A stretch of 11,722 nucleotides of DNA from Pseudomonadota bacterium (GTDB taxonomy: Bacteria > Bdellovibrionota > FAC87 > UBA2466): positions 1 through 11,722 of the forward strand of contig JAYSWN010000084.1 of NCBI GenBank assembly GCA_043718025.1, written 5' to 3'. Within the stretch, counting starts at the first letter, position 1; each line of letters opens with the position of its first letter. The translations under genes were made by a program, and so were the position numbers. Positions 1-6,789 of the stretch are shown piece after piece. Under the pieces are notes generated by a model, which was not told the DNA's origin, did not search any database, and was given only the letters and a program-made list of their open reading frames with translations.

Positions 1-288
1 GTCTACACGCCAACCGCGGTGGCTTCTCCCATTACCTTCACGCATCCCTGTCTGACTAACCTCATGGGATCGATGATGGTGCCGATAAAGCCCGAACGAA
101 ACGCTGAATTGTTTGAAGTGGTGGCCTCGCTGCCGCAACCCAAAGGATCTTTGTTGGTATTTCCGTGGTTTTTGACCCACCAGGTGGGCACCAATTACGA
201 TGACTCTCCTCGCCATTCTTTTTCTTTTAATGCTGTGCCCAGGGGCACGTTAGGAAGCGATAGCACCCTCACCAGTTTGGCTTTATAG
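1..288 (+). CDS. 2OG-Fe(II) oxygenase-like protein, C-terminal fragment (5' end lies outside the window)
   Basis: Frame 1 is open from nt 1 to TAG 286-288. Track ORF 19..288 is the same frame counted from an internal Met. The C-terminal stretch GSLLVFPWFLTHQVGTNYDDSPRHSFSFN resembles the conserved second-His / Arg-x-Ser region of small 2OG-Fe(II) oxygenase families (l.lFPS.l.H.V.p....pRiSiSFN). It is followed 14 nt later by another oxygenase gene. Confidence 0.45.
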   Translation, partial: VYTPTAVASPITFTHPCLTNLMGSMMVPIKPERNAELFEVVASLPQPKGSLLVFPWFLTHQVGTNYDDSPRHSFSFNAVPRGTLGSDSTLTSLAL

Positions 289-302
289 CCGCTTTTCGCC
301 GC

Positions 303-1184
303 GTGGCGCAGCGGTGGGGACCGTGCATTTTAAGCGGGAATAACCTATCCTCCCACTGCGTGACTCACCCCAACCAAGAAGACGTTTTTTTCGAAAAGAA
401 CTACTTCGATAAGTTGGCGCGCCAAAATAAAACGGCCTATCGTCACGCCAAACCTTTTCCCCATTTTGTTTTCGATGACTTTTTGCCAATCAATTTAGCC
501 AACCGATTGGCTGACCATTTTCCAAAACCAAATTTTGCCAATTTCAGATTAAACGAGAGTTCTCATCAGTGGAAAAAGCAGAGCAGTTTACAGCTCACCA
601 ACTTTGCTGGACTTATCCCCGCTTTTCGCCACACTTTGAATGAGTTTAACGGCAAAGTGTGCACCGAATTTCTCGAAGATCTAACCGGCATTGAGGGTTT
701 GATTGGCGACCCGCACTTTACCGGAGGTGGGCTGCATCAAATTCTTCGCGGTGGGCGGTTGGCGGTTCACGCCGATTTTAACTGGGACGCGAAAAGAAAA
801 TTAGATCGCCGTCTAAATCTGCTGCTGTTCTTAAATCGCGATTGGTCGAATGAGTGGGGGGGGGATTTAGAGCTTTGGAGCCGCGATATGTCGCGTTGCG
901 AAGTGCGCATTGCGCCGCTATTTAACCGCTGTGTAATCTTTAATACTAACTCGTGGTCCTACCATGGGCACCCCGACGCCTTGGCATGTCCCGAACCTCG
1001 AACCAGAAACTCGATCGCCATTTATTATTATTCGAACGGCCGGCCCACCGAAGAAAAAGTTGAACCCCACGAAACGTTGTGGCAAGCACGGCGGGGCGAA
1101 AAATTTCCGAACCGGTTTATGACATGGCTCAAACGCAGTTGCCACCTGGCGGCTCATTTTTACACAAAATTGGTGAGGGGCTGA
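303..1184 (+). CDS. 2OG-Fe(II) oxygenase (prolyl-hydroxylase / Tpa1-like family)
   Basis: 293-aa ORF. It has the N-terminal PFPHFVFDDFLP box typical of this family, an HxD iron motif (LAVHADFN, His codon 768-770), a downstream His (SWSYHGHP) and an RxS 2-oxoglutarate-binding motif (RNSIAIYYY). The track start at 303 is a GTG and an in-frame GTG at 360 is an alternative, so the start is uncertain. The stop TGA 1182-1184 lies 1 nt before the next ATG. Confidence 0.8.
   Translation: MAQRWGPCILSGNNLSSHCVTHPNQEDVFFEKNYFDKLARQNKTAYRHAKPFPHFVFDDFLPINLANRLADHFPKPNFANFRLNESSHQWKKQSSLQLTNFAGLIPAFRHTLNEFNGKVCTEFLEDLTGIEGLIGDPHFTGGGLHQILRGGRLAVHADFNWDAKRKLDRRLNLLLFLNRDWSNEWGGDLELWSRDMSRCEVRIAPLFNRCVIFNTNSWSYHGHPDALACPEPRTRNSIAIYYYSNGRPTEEKVEPHETLWQARRGEKFPNRFMTWLKRSCHLAAHFYTKLVRG
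856..864 (+). repeat. homopolymeric G9 tract inside the oxygenase CDS (codons W-G-G-D)
   Basis: Direct reading gives tgagtGGGGGGGGGatttag. A run of 9 is rare for a roughly 50% GC sequence of this length. Confidence 0.9.
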
Positions 1185-1185
1185 C

Positions 1186-2100
1186 ATGGCGGATCGAGGC
1201 CCAATGAAAAGCGGAAACCACGAAACACTTCCGCACTTTTTGGCAACGATGCGGGAGAAGTTTGAGAAAATCACCTTGGGCTTTGCTAAGCCAAAAGAGC
1301 CAGGTACCGGCCATATTGAGCACGGAAACATGGGTTGCTTGATCGAAGAGCTTCTCTTCGTCGCCGCCTATCTACACTTACTGGCCAAGAAAGATGCCTC
1401 GGGGGTAGTTATCGAATGCGGGGCCTTCAAAGGCTTTTCCTCAAGTTGTCTAAGTTGGGCCTGTCACGCTTCGGGTAAACCATTTTTTGTGGCCGACTCG
1501 TTTCGCGGCTTACCGGAGACCGACGAGTACAGCTGTTTTGGTGCAAAATATCGAGCCGGTGATTTTTGCGGAAAAAAGAGTGAATTCACGGAAAATCTTA
1601 GGCGGTTTGGCAGGCCGGAAATCACGACCGTGGTCGAAGGGTGGTACGCCGATTCCCTAAAGGGCTGGGCTGAACCGGTGTCCTTATTGTGGTTAGACGT
1701 AGACCTATATGATTCGGCACGTGATGTAATGAAGCACGTTTATTCGTCGCTTTCTTCGCAGGGAGTCATTCTTAGCCACGAAGTTAAAAAATTCATGGTT
1801 AAAGAAGGGCGCTTTATTTACAAAAAAAAGAGTGTTCCCTTGGCGTTGCATGATTTTTTTATTGAACGGGGCATACCCTACCACGCCTTTCATTTAACCG
1901 GAGACCTTGCGGTGATCATTGCCAACCCGAGTAGCCATTGGTTATTGAACGGCGGAGCGCCCGCGGTAGAGTCGATCGCGGCTATGGTAGGGATGCCGCC
2001 GCGCAGTTTTAGAATTATTACTCGTGAGATAAAAGAATTTTTTTATCGAACGCTGCCGCCGCTGCTCTGGCTGTCTCGTGCACTACGCGCAGGGTTTTAA
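1186..2100 (+). CDS. class I SAM-dependent O-methyltransferase, TylF/MycF (macrocin O-methyltransferase) family
   Basis: 304-aa ORF with an ATG start. GVVIECGAFKGFSS matches the TylF-family SAM motif (G.ivE.GV.rGgS). LWLDVDLYDSARDVMKHVYSSLSSQGVILSHE matches the family's D-x-D-x-Y-E-S...GG-ii-DD block. The gene is tightly coupled to the upstream oxygenase. Confidence 0.8.
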   Translation: MADRGPMKSGNHETLPHFLATMREKFEKITLGFAKPKEPGTGHIEHGNMGCLIEELLFVAAYLHLLAKKDASGVVIECGAFKGFSSSCLSWACHASGKPFFVADSFRGLPETDEYSCFGAKYRAGDFCGKKSEFTENLRRFGRPEITTVVEGWYADSLKGWAEPVSLLWLDVDLYDSARDVMKHVYSSLSSQGVILSHEVKKFMVKEGRFIYKKKSVPLALHDFFIERGIPYHAFHLTGDLAVIIANPSSHWLLNGGAPAVESIAAMVGMPPRSFRIITREIKEFFYRTLPPLLWLSRALRAGF

Positions 2101-2547
2101 TCACTCTTGATTGCCGAAGGGGTTCTCCGTCCATCGAACCGTTGATTTTTTAATTATCTCGTCAATCTCCCAAGGGGGCATGGGAGGTTCTGGAAGCTGA
2201 GCATGGGCCGACTGGGCGGCCATGAAATTCTTTTTATAGTTATCGTACCTTTGACGGTATTCCTCATTGCGGTAGTAAGCTAAATCGAGCTCTGGGTCGC
2301 CCGTGGGGCTCTCCGGCTCAGCCAAAAGCGCTACCTTTTCTTCTTCCTCTGCGGAAGGTTGGCGTTGCTGGGGTAGCCCACCACGAACTCGCCTGGCCTC
2401 AACTGCCGCTTGGCTTGGACGTCGGCGGGTAATGTTTTGCAACGAGTTATCGGCCTGTTTACCGGTTTGGCTAAACACTTGCTGAATCACCCACACCACC
2501 ATCAACAGGCCGATGAGTCCAAAGAATGTGTTCTTAAACCTGCTCAA
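2101..2547 (-). CDS. hypothetical protein with an N-terminal transmembrane anchor and a Pro/Glu/Gln-rich tail
   Basis: 148-aa minus-strand ORF. The start is a TTG (rc of 2545-2547) preceded on the minus strand by GAGGAAG (SD-like). The N-terminal hydrophobic helix is FFGLIGLLMVVWVIQQ. There is no recognisable domain. Its stop abuts the methyltransferase stop, so the two genes converge with zero spacer. Confidence 0.5.
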   Translation of the reverse strand: MSRFKNTFFGLIGLLMVVWVIQQVFSQTGKQADNSLQNITRRRPSQAAVEARRVRGGLPQQRQPSAEEEEKVALLAEPESPTGDPELDLAYYRNEEYRQRYDNYKKNFMAAQSAHAQLPEPPMPPWEIDEIIKKSTVRWTENPFGNQE

Positions 2548-2779
2548 AGCTTCCTCAATGTGGTCAAAGGGGGAAAGCTAAAAAACTCTTACTTCGCCTG
2601 GCTTTATATTACCACTTAGGGCGCCCGGGATTGTGCTTTTTTCCACACAAATGCTTGATATCAAAAGATAAATATAGATTATCTATTGCACCGAAATGGC
2701 GCTTCCTTTACCCTAAATCTAAGGCCGTAATTGGGCCCGATGTTTCTCCCTCAGCGGTACGTTTATTTCACGGGAGTTG
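2548..2779. promoter_or_regulatory. divergent AT-rich promoter region with two short perfect palindromes: TGATATCA (2656-2663) and ATAGAT-T-ATCTAT (2674-2686)
   Basis: It is intergenic between divergently oriented genes. The palindromes were read directly. A TTGATA -35-like hexamer sits at 2655-2660. A GGGAG Shine-Dalgarno at 2772-2776 precedes the lipoprotein ATG. Confidence 0.35.
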
Positions 2780-3025
2780 ATGATGAGCCGATTAATTTTT
2801 GTTTTGTTTTTGGGGTTCCTACTAAGCGGTTGCGCACGCGCTAAACTTGGCGGCTCGTTCGGCCAAGGTTCCGCCAATCCTGCATCTTCTACCAATCCAG
2901 ACTCTTCTACCGATCCGGTAAATTCTTTTATTGCTGCAGCCAAGCAGATCAGACCAGCCACTAATCAAGCTGCGGTTCAAGCACCGTCGGCACAACCGGC
3001 AGTTTTAGAAGGGGGCACTCGATGA
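2780..3025 (+). CDS. small lipoprotein (signal peptide + lipobox LLSG-C) with a Ser/Pro/Thr/Ala-rich mature region
   Basis: The track ORF starts at TTG 2777. ATGs at 2780 and 2783 follow the GGGAG at 2772-2776. The N-terminus MMSRLIFVLFLGFLLSGC is a classic type-II signal with an invariant Cys. The stop TGA 3023-3025 overlaps the next gene's ATG 3022-3024 (ATGA). Confidence 0.6.
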   Translation: MMSRLIFVLFLGFLLSGCARAKLGGSFGQGSANPASSTNPDSSTDPVNSFIAAAKQIRPATNQAAVQAPSAQPAVLEGGTR

Positions 3026-6000
3026 GCTCATTCACCCATTCCAATTTAACCCAGCGAGCAAAACGGTTAACCCCGGTGCGTTCGCTTCTATTATTAATTA
3101 TCTCTTTTTCTTCGGGCTTGGCGTCTGCCGAGACGACTTATAACGTAAAAACCTTCAGCACGAATTTGACCAACAATTGTGACGGCGGACCTCCCGGCAC
3201 AGTTAAAGACATTACCTATTCTGACTCCATCCTGAGTACCCCGATAACCGGCAACTGCAAGAATTTGGCGAATAGTTTCACCATTAACCAGTACTACCTT
3301 AGTCCTACCAACCCTCTTTTAAGTGGCGCTACTGTAATGTCAACCGGCGGAACTGCCGCCATCGCCCCGACTGTCAACTGTTCCACATGCGTATCCTCCC
3401 CCCCCGACATGACTTGCCCCGTCTGCTCCGGCGATTCGACGTTTTACAAAGTGACTAATCTACTGGTGGGTGATCGTGGACTTGCGACCCCGTTTTTTAC
3501 GGGCGCCGTTACTTTTGATCCAAATCCACAATTTTTGACCAAGTCTTATGATTGCACCGCGTTCCCAAGTAAAAACATTAACTTTCTGTATCTCCAGATA
3601 CCTAACGCTAATATTGCGTCCATCTCTAGTCGTTACCTTGCAGGTACGGCAACCTTCGGGCCCAGCGTAAATACATTGACCTCTAAGGTTGATATTCTTG
3701 GAAACATTACTTGGAGCGGAAGCTACTCTGCTCCAACCGGCACCTGCACCGGTACAACCATAAACAACAGTACGGCCGGCGCATTCGATGCTACGACCCA
3801 GGTTTCAATCAATACCTCAGGGTATTTTAAGAATATTAATTCAGTTGCTGCATTTACCCCGGCCATGACGGTACTTCCCGTCAGTCTTGGCACTAACGAC
3901 GTTGGTGGTCCGGCAACCTACAACGGAATTACTTTTCGAAGCAATTACGCCAATAACACAAACACTATTTTTCCGTTCAGAGCCGTGGCCGCCACAAATG
4001 GCATGAGTTTTAACCTCTTTAAGTTTACCAACGTTGAAACCGATACGGCGGCTGCCGTTAAATACGCCACTATCACCGTAACCGCGTGGAACTCTCCGAG
4101 CGCCGGCCTGGGCAAAGGGACCATTACAACAAATCCCGGCGGCTTAGTTGGAAATATAATGCTCATGGTGGCTCCCCCTGGAGGCATGGGCGGAGCGGGC
4201 GGCGCCAGAATTGATTTTTCAGGTCAGGACCCCGATGGCACGCAATATTTGTTGGCCGGCAGTTTTGTTGCCCGCGGTCCCGCCGGAGTTTTGGATACCT
4301 CGTTTGGCACAGGGGGAATAAAAATCGACCAAATCTCTTCGGCCACTACCAACACTAACTCCGTAGGCCACGCCGCAGCCATTCAATCGGACGGAAAACT
4401 ATTGGTGGCGGGACAATCTGCAACCGGCGCGTCCCTCAATGAGTTTTCGGTCACGCGTTATAACACCGATGGCTCTAACGATAATACGTTTGCCACCAGC
4501 CATAAGTTTCAAACCCAATTTTCACTGCCGGCCACCGCCAAAGCGGTAACCTTTACGCCCAACTCCACCGCCACGGTGACAGGTACCGTGGGCACCACCA
4601 CGACGGCGTACATTAACTGGGCCAATAGCCCATTACTCGCCGACGAAAAAGTAATGTTCGGAGGCACCCCGCTGACGTCGACGGTCACTTTTACTACTAC
4701 GGGTAGTGCCAGCACTAGCTTCGTGAACTGGACCGGCCATGTCTTAACCGCCAACGCTCCGGTCATTTTTACCGGAACCACCATGCCCTCAAATATCACT
4801 GCCGGAGTTACGTATTACGTAAAGGCACCTGTAGCGAATAAGTTCCAGGTCACCACAACCTCGGGCGGGGCGACCGCAGTTATATTCAGTGCCGCACCGG
4901 CGGCCGTGGCAGTAACCGCAACGGGGAGCCATGCTCCCGCACCCTTATTAGACAACACGGTATATTACGTGAAATCACCGACTGGCACCGGAGCAAGCAC
5001 AAAGTTTCTGGTAAGCGCCACTCCCGGCGGAACGGGTATCGCGCTAACCACGGTTGGAATTGCGGTTACCGCAACCCAAGTTGGCGGAAGAGCTACGGCA
5101 ACCGCGCACGCCTATGCGGCCAATGCTGCAATTACCTTCGCACAAAACGTCAGCAGCACGTTACCTGCCGGCTTGGCGGTGGGAACCACTTATTACGTGG
5201 CGGCTTCGCCCGCCCCTCTTGCCAATAGCTTCTTTGTCTCGGCAACTAACGGTGGCGCGGCGATCAATTTAACTGCCGCGGGCACGGGAACCTTTACCGT
5301 TACTGGCCCGGGCACATCTTCTACTGACTCTATTGCCCACGGTATAGCGCTAGACACCGCAGGAAAAATATACGCTACCGGATACGCCAAATTTGGTACT
5401 ACAAGGCGAGTGGTGTTGGTGCGATTAACTTCGGCCGGCGTGCTTGATGCCACTTTTGGTACCGGCGGTGTAGTGCTAACCGATGACAGCCCGGGCAACA
5501 ATAGCCGGGCCAGGGGAATTAAATTAGATTCTACCGGCAAAGTGGTTGTGGCCGGCGATGTGGTAGTAGGCACCATTACCGCTTTCATGGTACACCGCTA
5601 CACAACCGCCGGCGTGCTAGACACCACTTTCAACACCACGGGCAAGCGCACTACCCAAGTTGATACCAGCCTCGTTTACGGCTCTTCCGCCCAAGGCCTC
5701 ACCATTGATGCTTCGGATAATATTTATATGGTGGGTTTAACTTATGATCCCGTCTCGACTTTAGAACAGTTCGCGCTTGTGAAAGTAAGCAACGTTGGCG
5801 CGTTGGTCACAGCGTTCTCCACCGACGGCATAGTCACCGTGCAACCATCCTCCGTTTGGGGAAAATCTTGGGCTTACGGAATAGTGCTCGACGGAACCAA
5901 GGTCACCGTCGTGGGAGATTCCATGTATGACGGAACAAACTTTCAATTTGCCGCGGCCCGCTTTAACGCTACCACGGGCGCGGTGGACACCACTTTTAAC

Positions 6001-6381
6001 GGGGGTGTTGGCGGAAACCTCACCGGCACGGTTGTCTTTGACGCCTCAACCTTCACCACTAAGAGCTCCACGGCGCACAATATTAGCCTTAGAAATAACC
6101 AATATCTCGTCGGCGGCACGGGCCGGATTGTAACGACTGGCAGTAATGCTTTTGCCATGGCCCGACTCAATAGCAACGGTAGCTTAGATTCCACTTTCGG
6201 AACGGCTGGCGTAAGCATGAAACAGATATCGCCTTGGACCACACCAATGTCCTACATGGGCGCGCTCGATAAAAATGGCGCCGCGATCACCAATAACTGG
6301 GGTCAAATTTTCTTTGTCGGCGCGGCAAAAGATGTCACCGCCGGGTACTATGCGATTGGGATCACCGCGCTAGTCCCCTAA
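3022..6381 (+). CDS. large secreted delta-60-repeat (beta-propeller-type) cell-surface or extracellular protein, 1119 aa
   Basis: Signal peptide MSSFTHSNLTQRAKRLTPVRSLLLLIISFSSGLASA-ETT. The protein is strongly Thr/Ser/Gly/Ala-rich. The N-terminal roughly 360 aa carry scattered Cys pairs (NNCDGG, GNCKNL, NCSTCVSSPPDMTCPVCSGDS). Motifs of the form DGK(L/I/V)(L/V)VAG...(F/A)x(V/A)(T/A)R(Y/L/F)NxxGxLDxTFGxxG recur at least 7 times and match the delta-60 repeat family. Stop TAA 6379-6381. Confidence 0.85.
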   Translation: MSSFTHSNLTQRAKRLTPVRSLLLLIISFSSGLASAETTYNVKTFSTNLTNNCDGGPPGTVKDITYSDSILSTPITGNCKNLANSFTINQYYLSPTNPLLSGATVMSTGGTAAIAPTVNCSTCVSSPPDMTCPVCSGDSTFYKVTNLLVGDRGLATPFFTGAVTFDPNPQFLTKSYDCTAFPSKNINFLYLQIPNANIASISSRYLAGTATFGPSVNTLTSKVDILGNITWSGSYSAPTGTCTGTTINNSTAGAFDATTQVSINTSGYFKNINSVAAFTPAMTVLPVSLGTNDVGGPATYNGITFRSNYANNTNTIFPFRAVAATNGMSFNLFKFTNVETDTAAAVKYATITVTAWNSPSAGLGKGTITTNPGGLVGNIMLMVAPPGGMGGAGGARIDFSGQDPDGTQYLLAGSFVARGPAGVLDTSFGTGGIKIDQISSATTNTNSVGHAAAIQSDGKLLVAGQSATGASLNEFSVTRYNTDGSNDNTFATSHKFQTQFSLPATAKAVTFTPNSTATVTGTVGTTTTAYINWANSPLLADEKVMFGGTPLTSTVTFTTTGSASTSFVNWTGHVLTANAPVIFTGTTMPSNITAGVTYYVKAPVANKFQVTTTSGGATAVIFSAAPAAVAVTATGSHAPAPLLDNTVYYVKSPTGTGASTKFLVSATPGGTGIALTTVGIAVTATQVGGRATATAHAYAANAAITFAQNVSSTLPAGLAVGTTYYVAASPAPLANSFFVSATNGGAAINLTAAGTGTFTVTGPGTSSTDSIAHGIALDTAGKIYATGYAKFGTTRRVVLVRLTSAGVLDATFGTGGVVLTDDSPGNNSRARGIKLDSTGKVVVAGDVVVGTITAFMVHRYTTAGVLDTTFNTTGKRTTQVDTSLVYGSSAQGLTIDASDNIYMVGLTYDPVSTLEQFALVKVSNVGALVTAFSTDGIVTVQPSSVWGKSWAYGIVLDGTKVTVVGDSMYDGTNFQFAAARFNATTGAVDTTFNGGVGGNLTGTVVFDASTFTTKSSTAHNISLRNNQYLVGGTGRIVTTGSNAFAMARLNSNGSLDSTFGTAGVSMKQISPWTTPMSYMGALDKNGAAITNNWGQIFFVGAAKDVTAGYYAIGITALVP
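3398..3405 (+). repeat. homopolymeric C8 tract inside the large surface-protein CDS (codons S-S-P-P-D)
   Basis: Direct reading gives gtatcctCCCCCCCCgacatg. Confidence 0.9.
4207..4526 (+). repeat. delta-60-type repeats, block 1 (two units: ...YLLAGSFVARGPAGVLDTSFGTGG..., ...DGKLLVAGQSATGASLNEFSVTRYNTDGSNDNTF...)
   Basis: Read from the translation. Frame checked at nt 4291 (Leu424). Confidence 0.6.
4732..5307 (+). repeat. three roughly 55-65-aa 'YYV' repeats (G(V/T)TYYV(K/A)...(F/L)xVxATxGG(A/T)xIxLT...AVTATG), an unnamed module inserted between the delta-60 blocks
   Basis: GVTYYVKAPVANKFQVTTTSGGATAVIFSAAPAAVAVTATG, NTVYYVKSPTGTGASTKFLVSATPGGTGIALTTVGIAVTAT and GTTYYVAASPAPLANSFFVSATNGGAAINLTAAGTG align by eye. 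A degenerate copy may precede them (AYINWA...KVMFGG...TTTG). Confidence 0.55.
5320..6378 (+). repeat. delta-60-type repeats, block 2 (5-6 units through the C-terminus)
   Basis: Units are anchored by LDATFGTGG, LDTTFNTTG, ALVTAFSTDG, VDTTFNGGVGG and LDSTFGTAG. Each is preceded by a hydrophobic beta-strand pair (KIYATGYA / VVLVRL, KVVVAGDV / FMVHRY, NIYMVGLT / FALVKV, KVTVVGDS / FAAARF, QYLVGGTG / FAMARL). Confidence 0.7.
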
Positions 6382-6419
6382 GGCTTGAGCTTACGATGGC
6401 TGGTCGCAAATCAACGCAC

Positions 6420-6454
6420 CGCCAACCGCCGTACAAGCAATTGCGGCGTTGGCG
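6420..6454. other. imperfect GC-rich hairpin (CGCCAACCGCCG - 12-nt loop - CGGCGTTGGCG), 39 nt downstream of the large gene's stop; no U-tract
   Basis: Inverted repeat read directly, with one bulged C. Neither strand has a T-run after it, so it is not a canonical intrinsic terminator. It may be a processing or stability element, or a weak terminator. Confidence 0.3.
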
Positions 6455-6565
6455 AGTAAGATCACTACCAAGCCAATCGAAGGCACTAAATACCAGCCCA
6501 ACTCGTTGGCGCGCGCCAGTAGATGGCAAAAACAAAATTAAAACTCGGTAGGTAGCTTTGTTTGT

Positions 6566-6787
6566 TTGGGCTTTGTGTGCGATGCTTCTCCCCTCACTAT
6601 GGGTGTTTCACTAATCGAAATTATCTCTGCTCTTTTTCTGTTCTTAATTCTGTGGAGGGCCTTGCGCCCTTTTCAGCAGGCGGTAGAACGTCGGATACTT
6701 AAAACGTTTGGCCGCGAGGGAAGAAGAATGGGAAACATTATCGACATCACCCCAAACCGCAATTCAAGAAATGACTGGGAGCACTAA
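6566..6787 (+). CDS. small hypothetical membrane protein (73 aa from TTG 6566; 62 aa if ATG 6599 is the start)
   Basis: It has one hydrophobic helix (VSLIEIISALFLFLILW) and a basic tail. The stop TAA 6785-6787 lies 2 nt before the SPFH gene ATG 6790, consistent with an operon. There is no strong SD or homology, so whether it is coding is uncertain. Confidence 0.35.
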   Translation: MGFVCDASPLTMGVSLIEIISALFLFLILWRALRPFQQAVERRILKTFGREGRRMGNIIDITPNRNSRNDWEH

Positions 6788-6789
6788 AA

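Noticed and set aside
3-194. 63-aa minus-strand ORF at the window start
   Set aside because: It lies antisense to frame 1, which is open from nt 1 and ends in a 2OG-oxygenase-like motif. It has no features of its own.
289-630. 12-nt direct repeat CCGCTTTTCGCC at 289-300 and 619-630
   Set aside because: A few exact 12-mer coincidences are expected by chance in 11.7 kb. There is no flanking similarity.
918-1893. Minus-strand ORFs 918-1331, 1129-1323 and 1705-1893 inside the oxygenase and methyltransferase genes
   Set aside because: They are antisense to ORFs that carry clear enzyme motifs, and their own translations are low-complexity with no motifs.
2303-2619. Plus-strand ORFs 2303-2485 and 2410-2619
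   Set aside because: Antisense to the minus-strand gene 2101-2547, which has an SD-supported start and a TM helix. The second runs into the AT-rich promoter region.
3945-6242. Seven alternate-frame or antisense ORFs (3945-4187, 4509-4799, 5054-5272, 5193-5588, 5761-5946, 5927-6133, 5943-6242) inside the 1119-aa gene
   Set aside because: The host frame has a continuous signal peptide and repeat architecture. The internal ORFs are by-products of the ACC/GGC-rich repetitive codon usage and have no motifs.
6405-6560. Unlisted 51-codon ORF (ATG 6405) encoding a very basic peptide MAGRKSTHRQPPYKQLRRWRVRS...
   Set aside because: It has no SD and overlaps the hairpin at 6420-6454. Its composition looks like a GC-rich intergenic read-through. 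It is kept only as a note.
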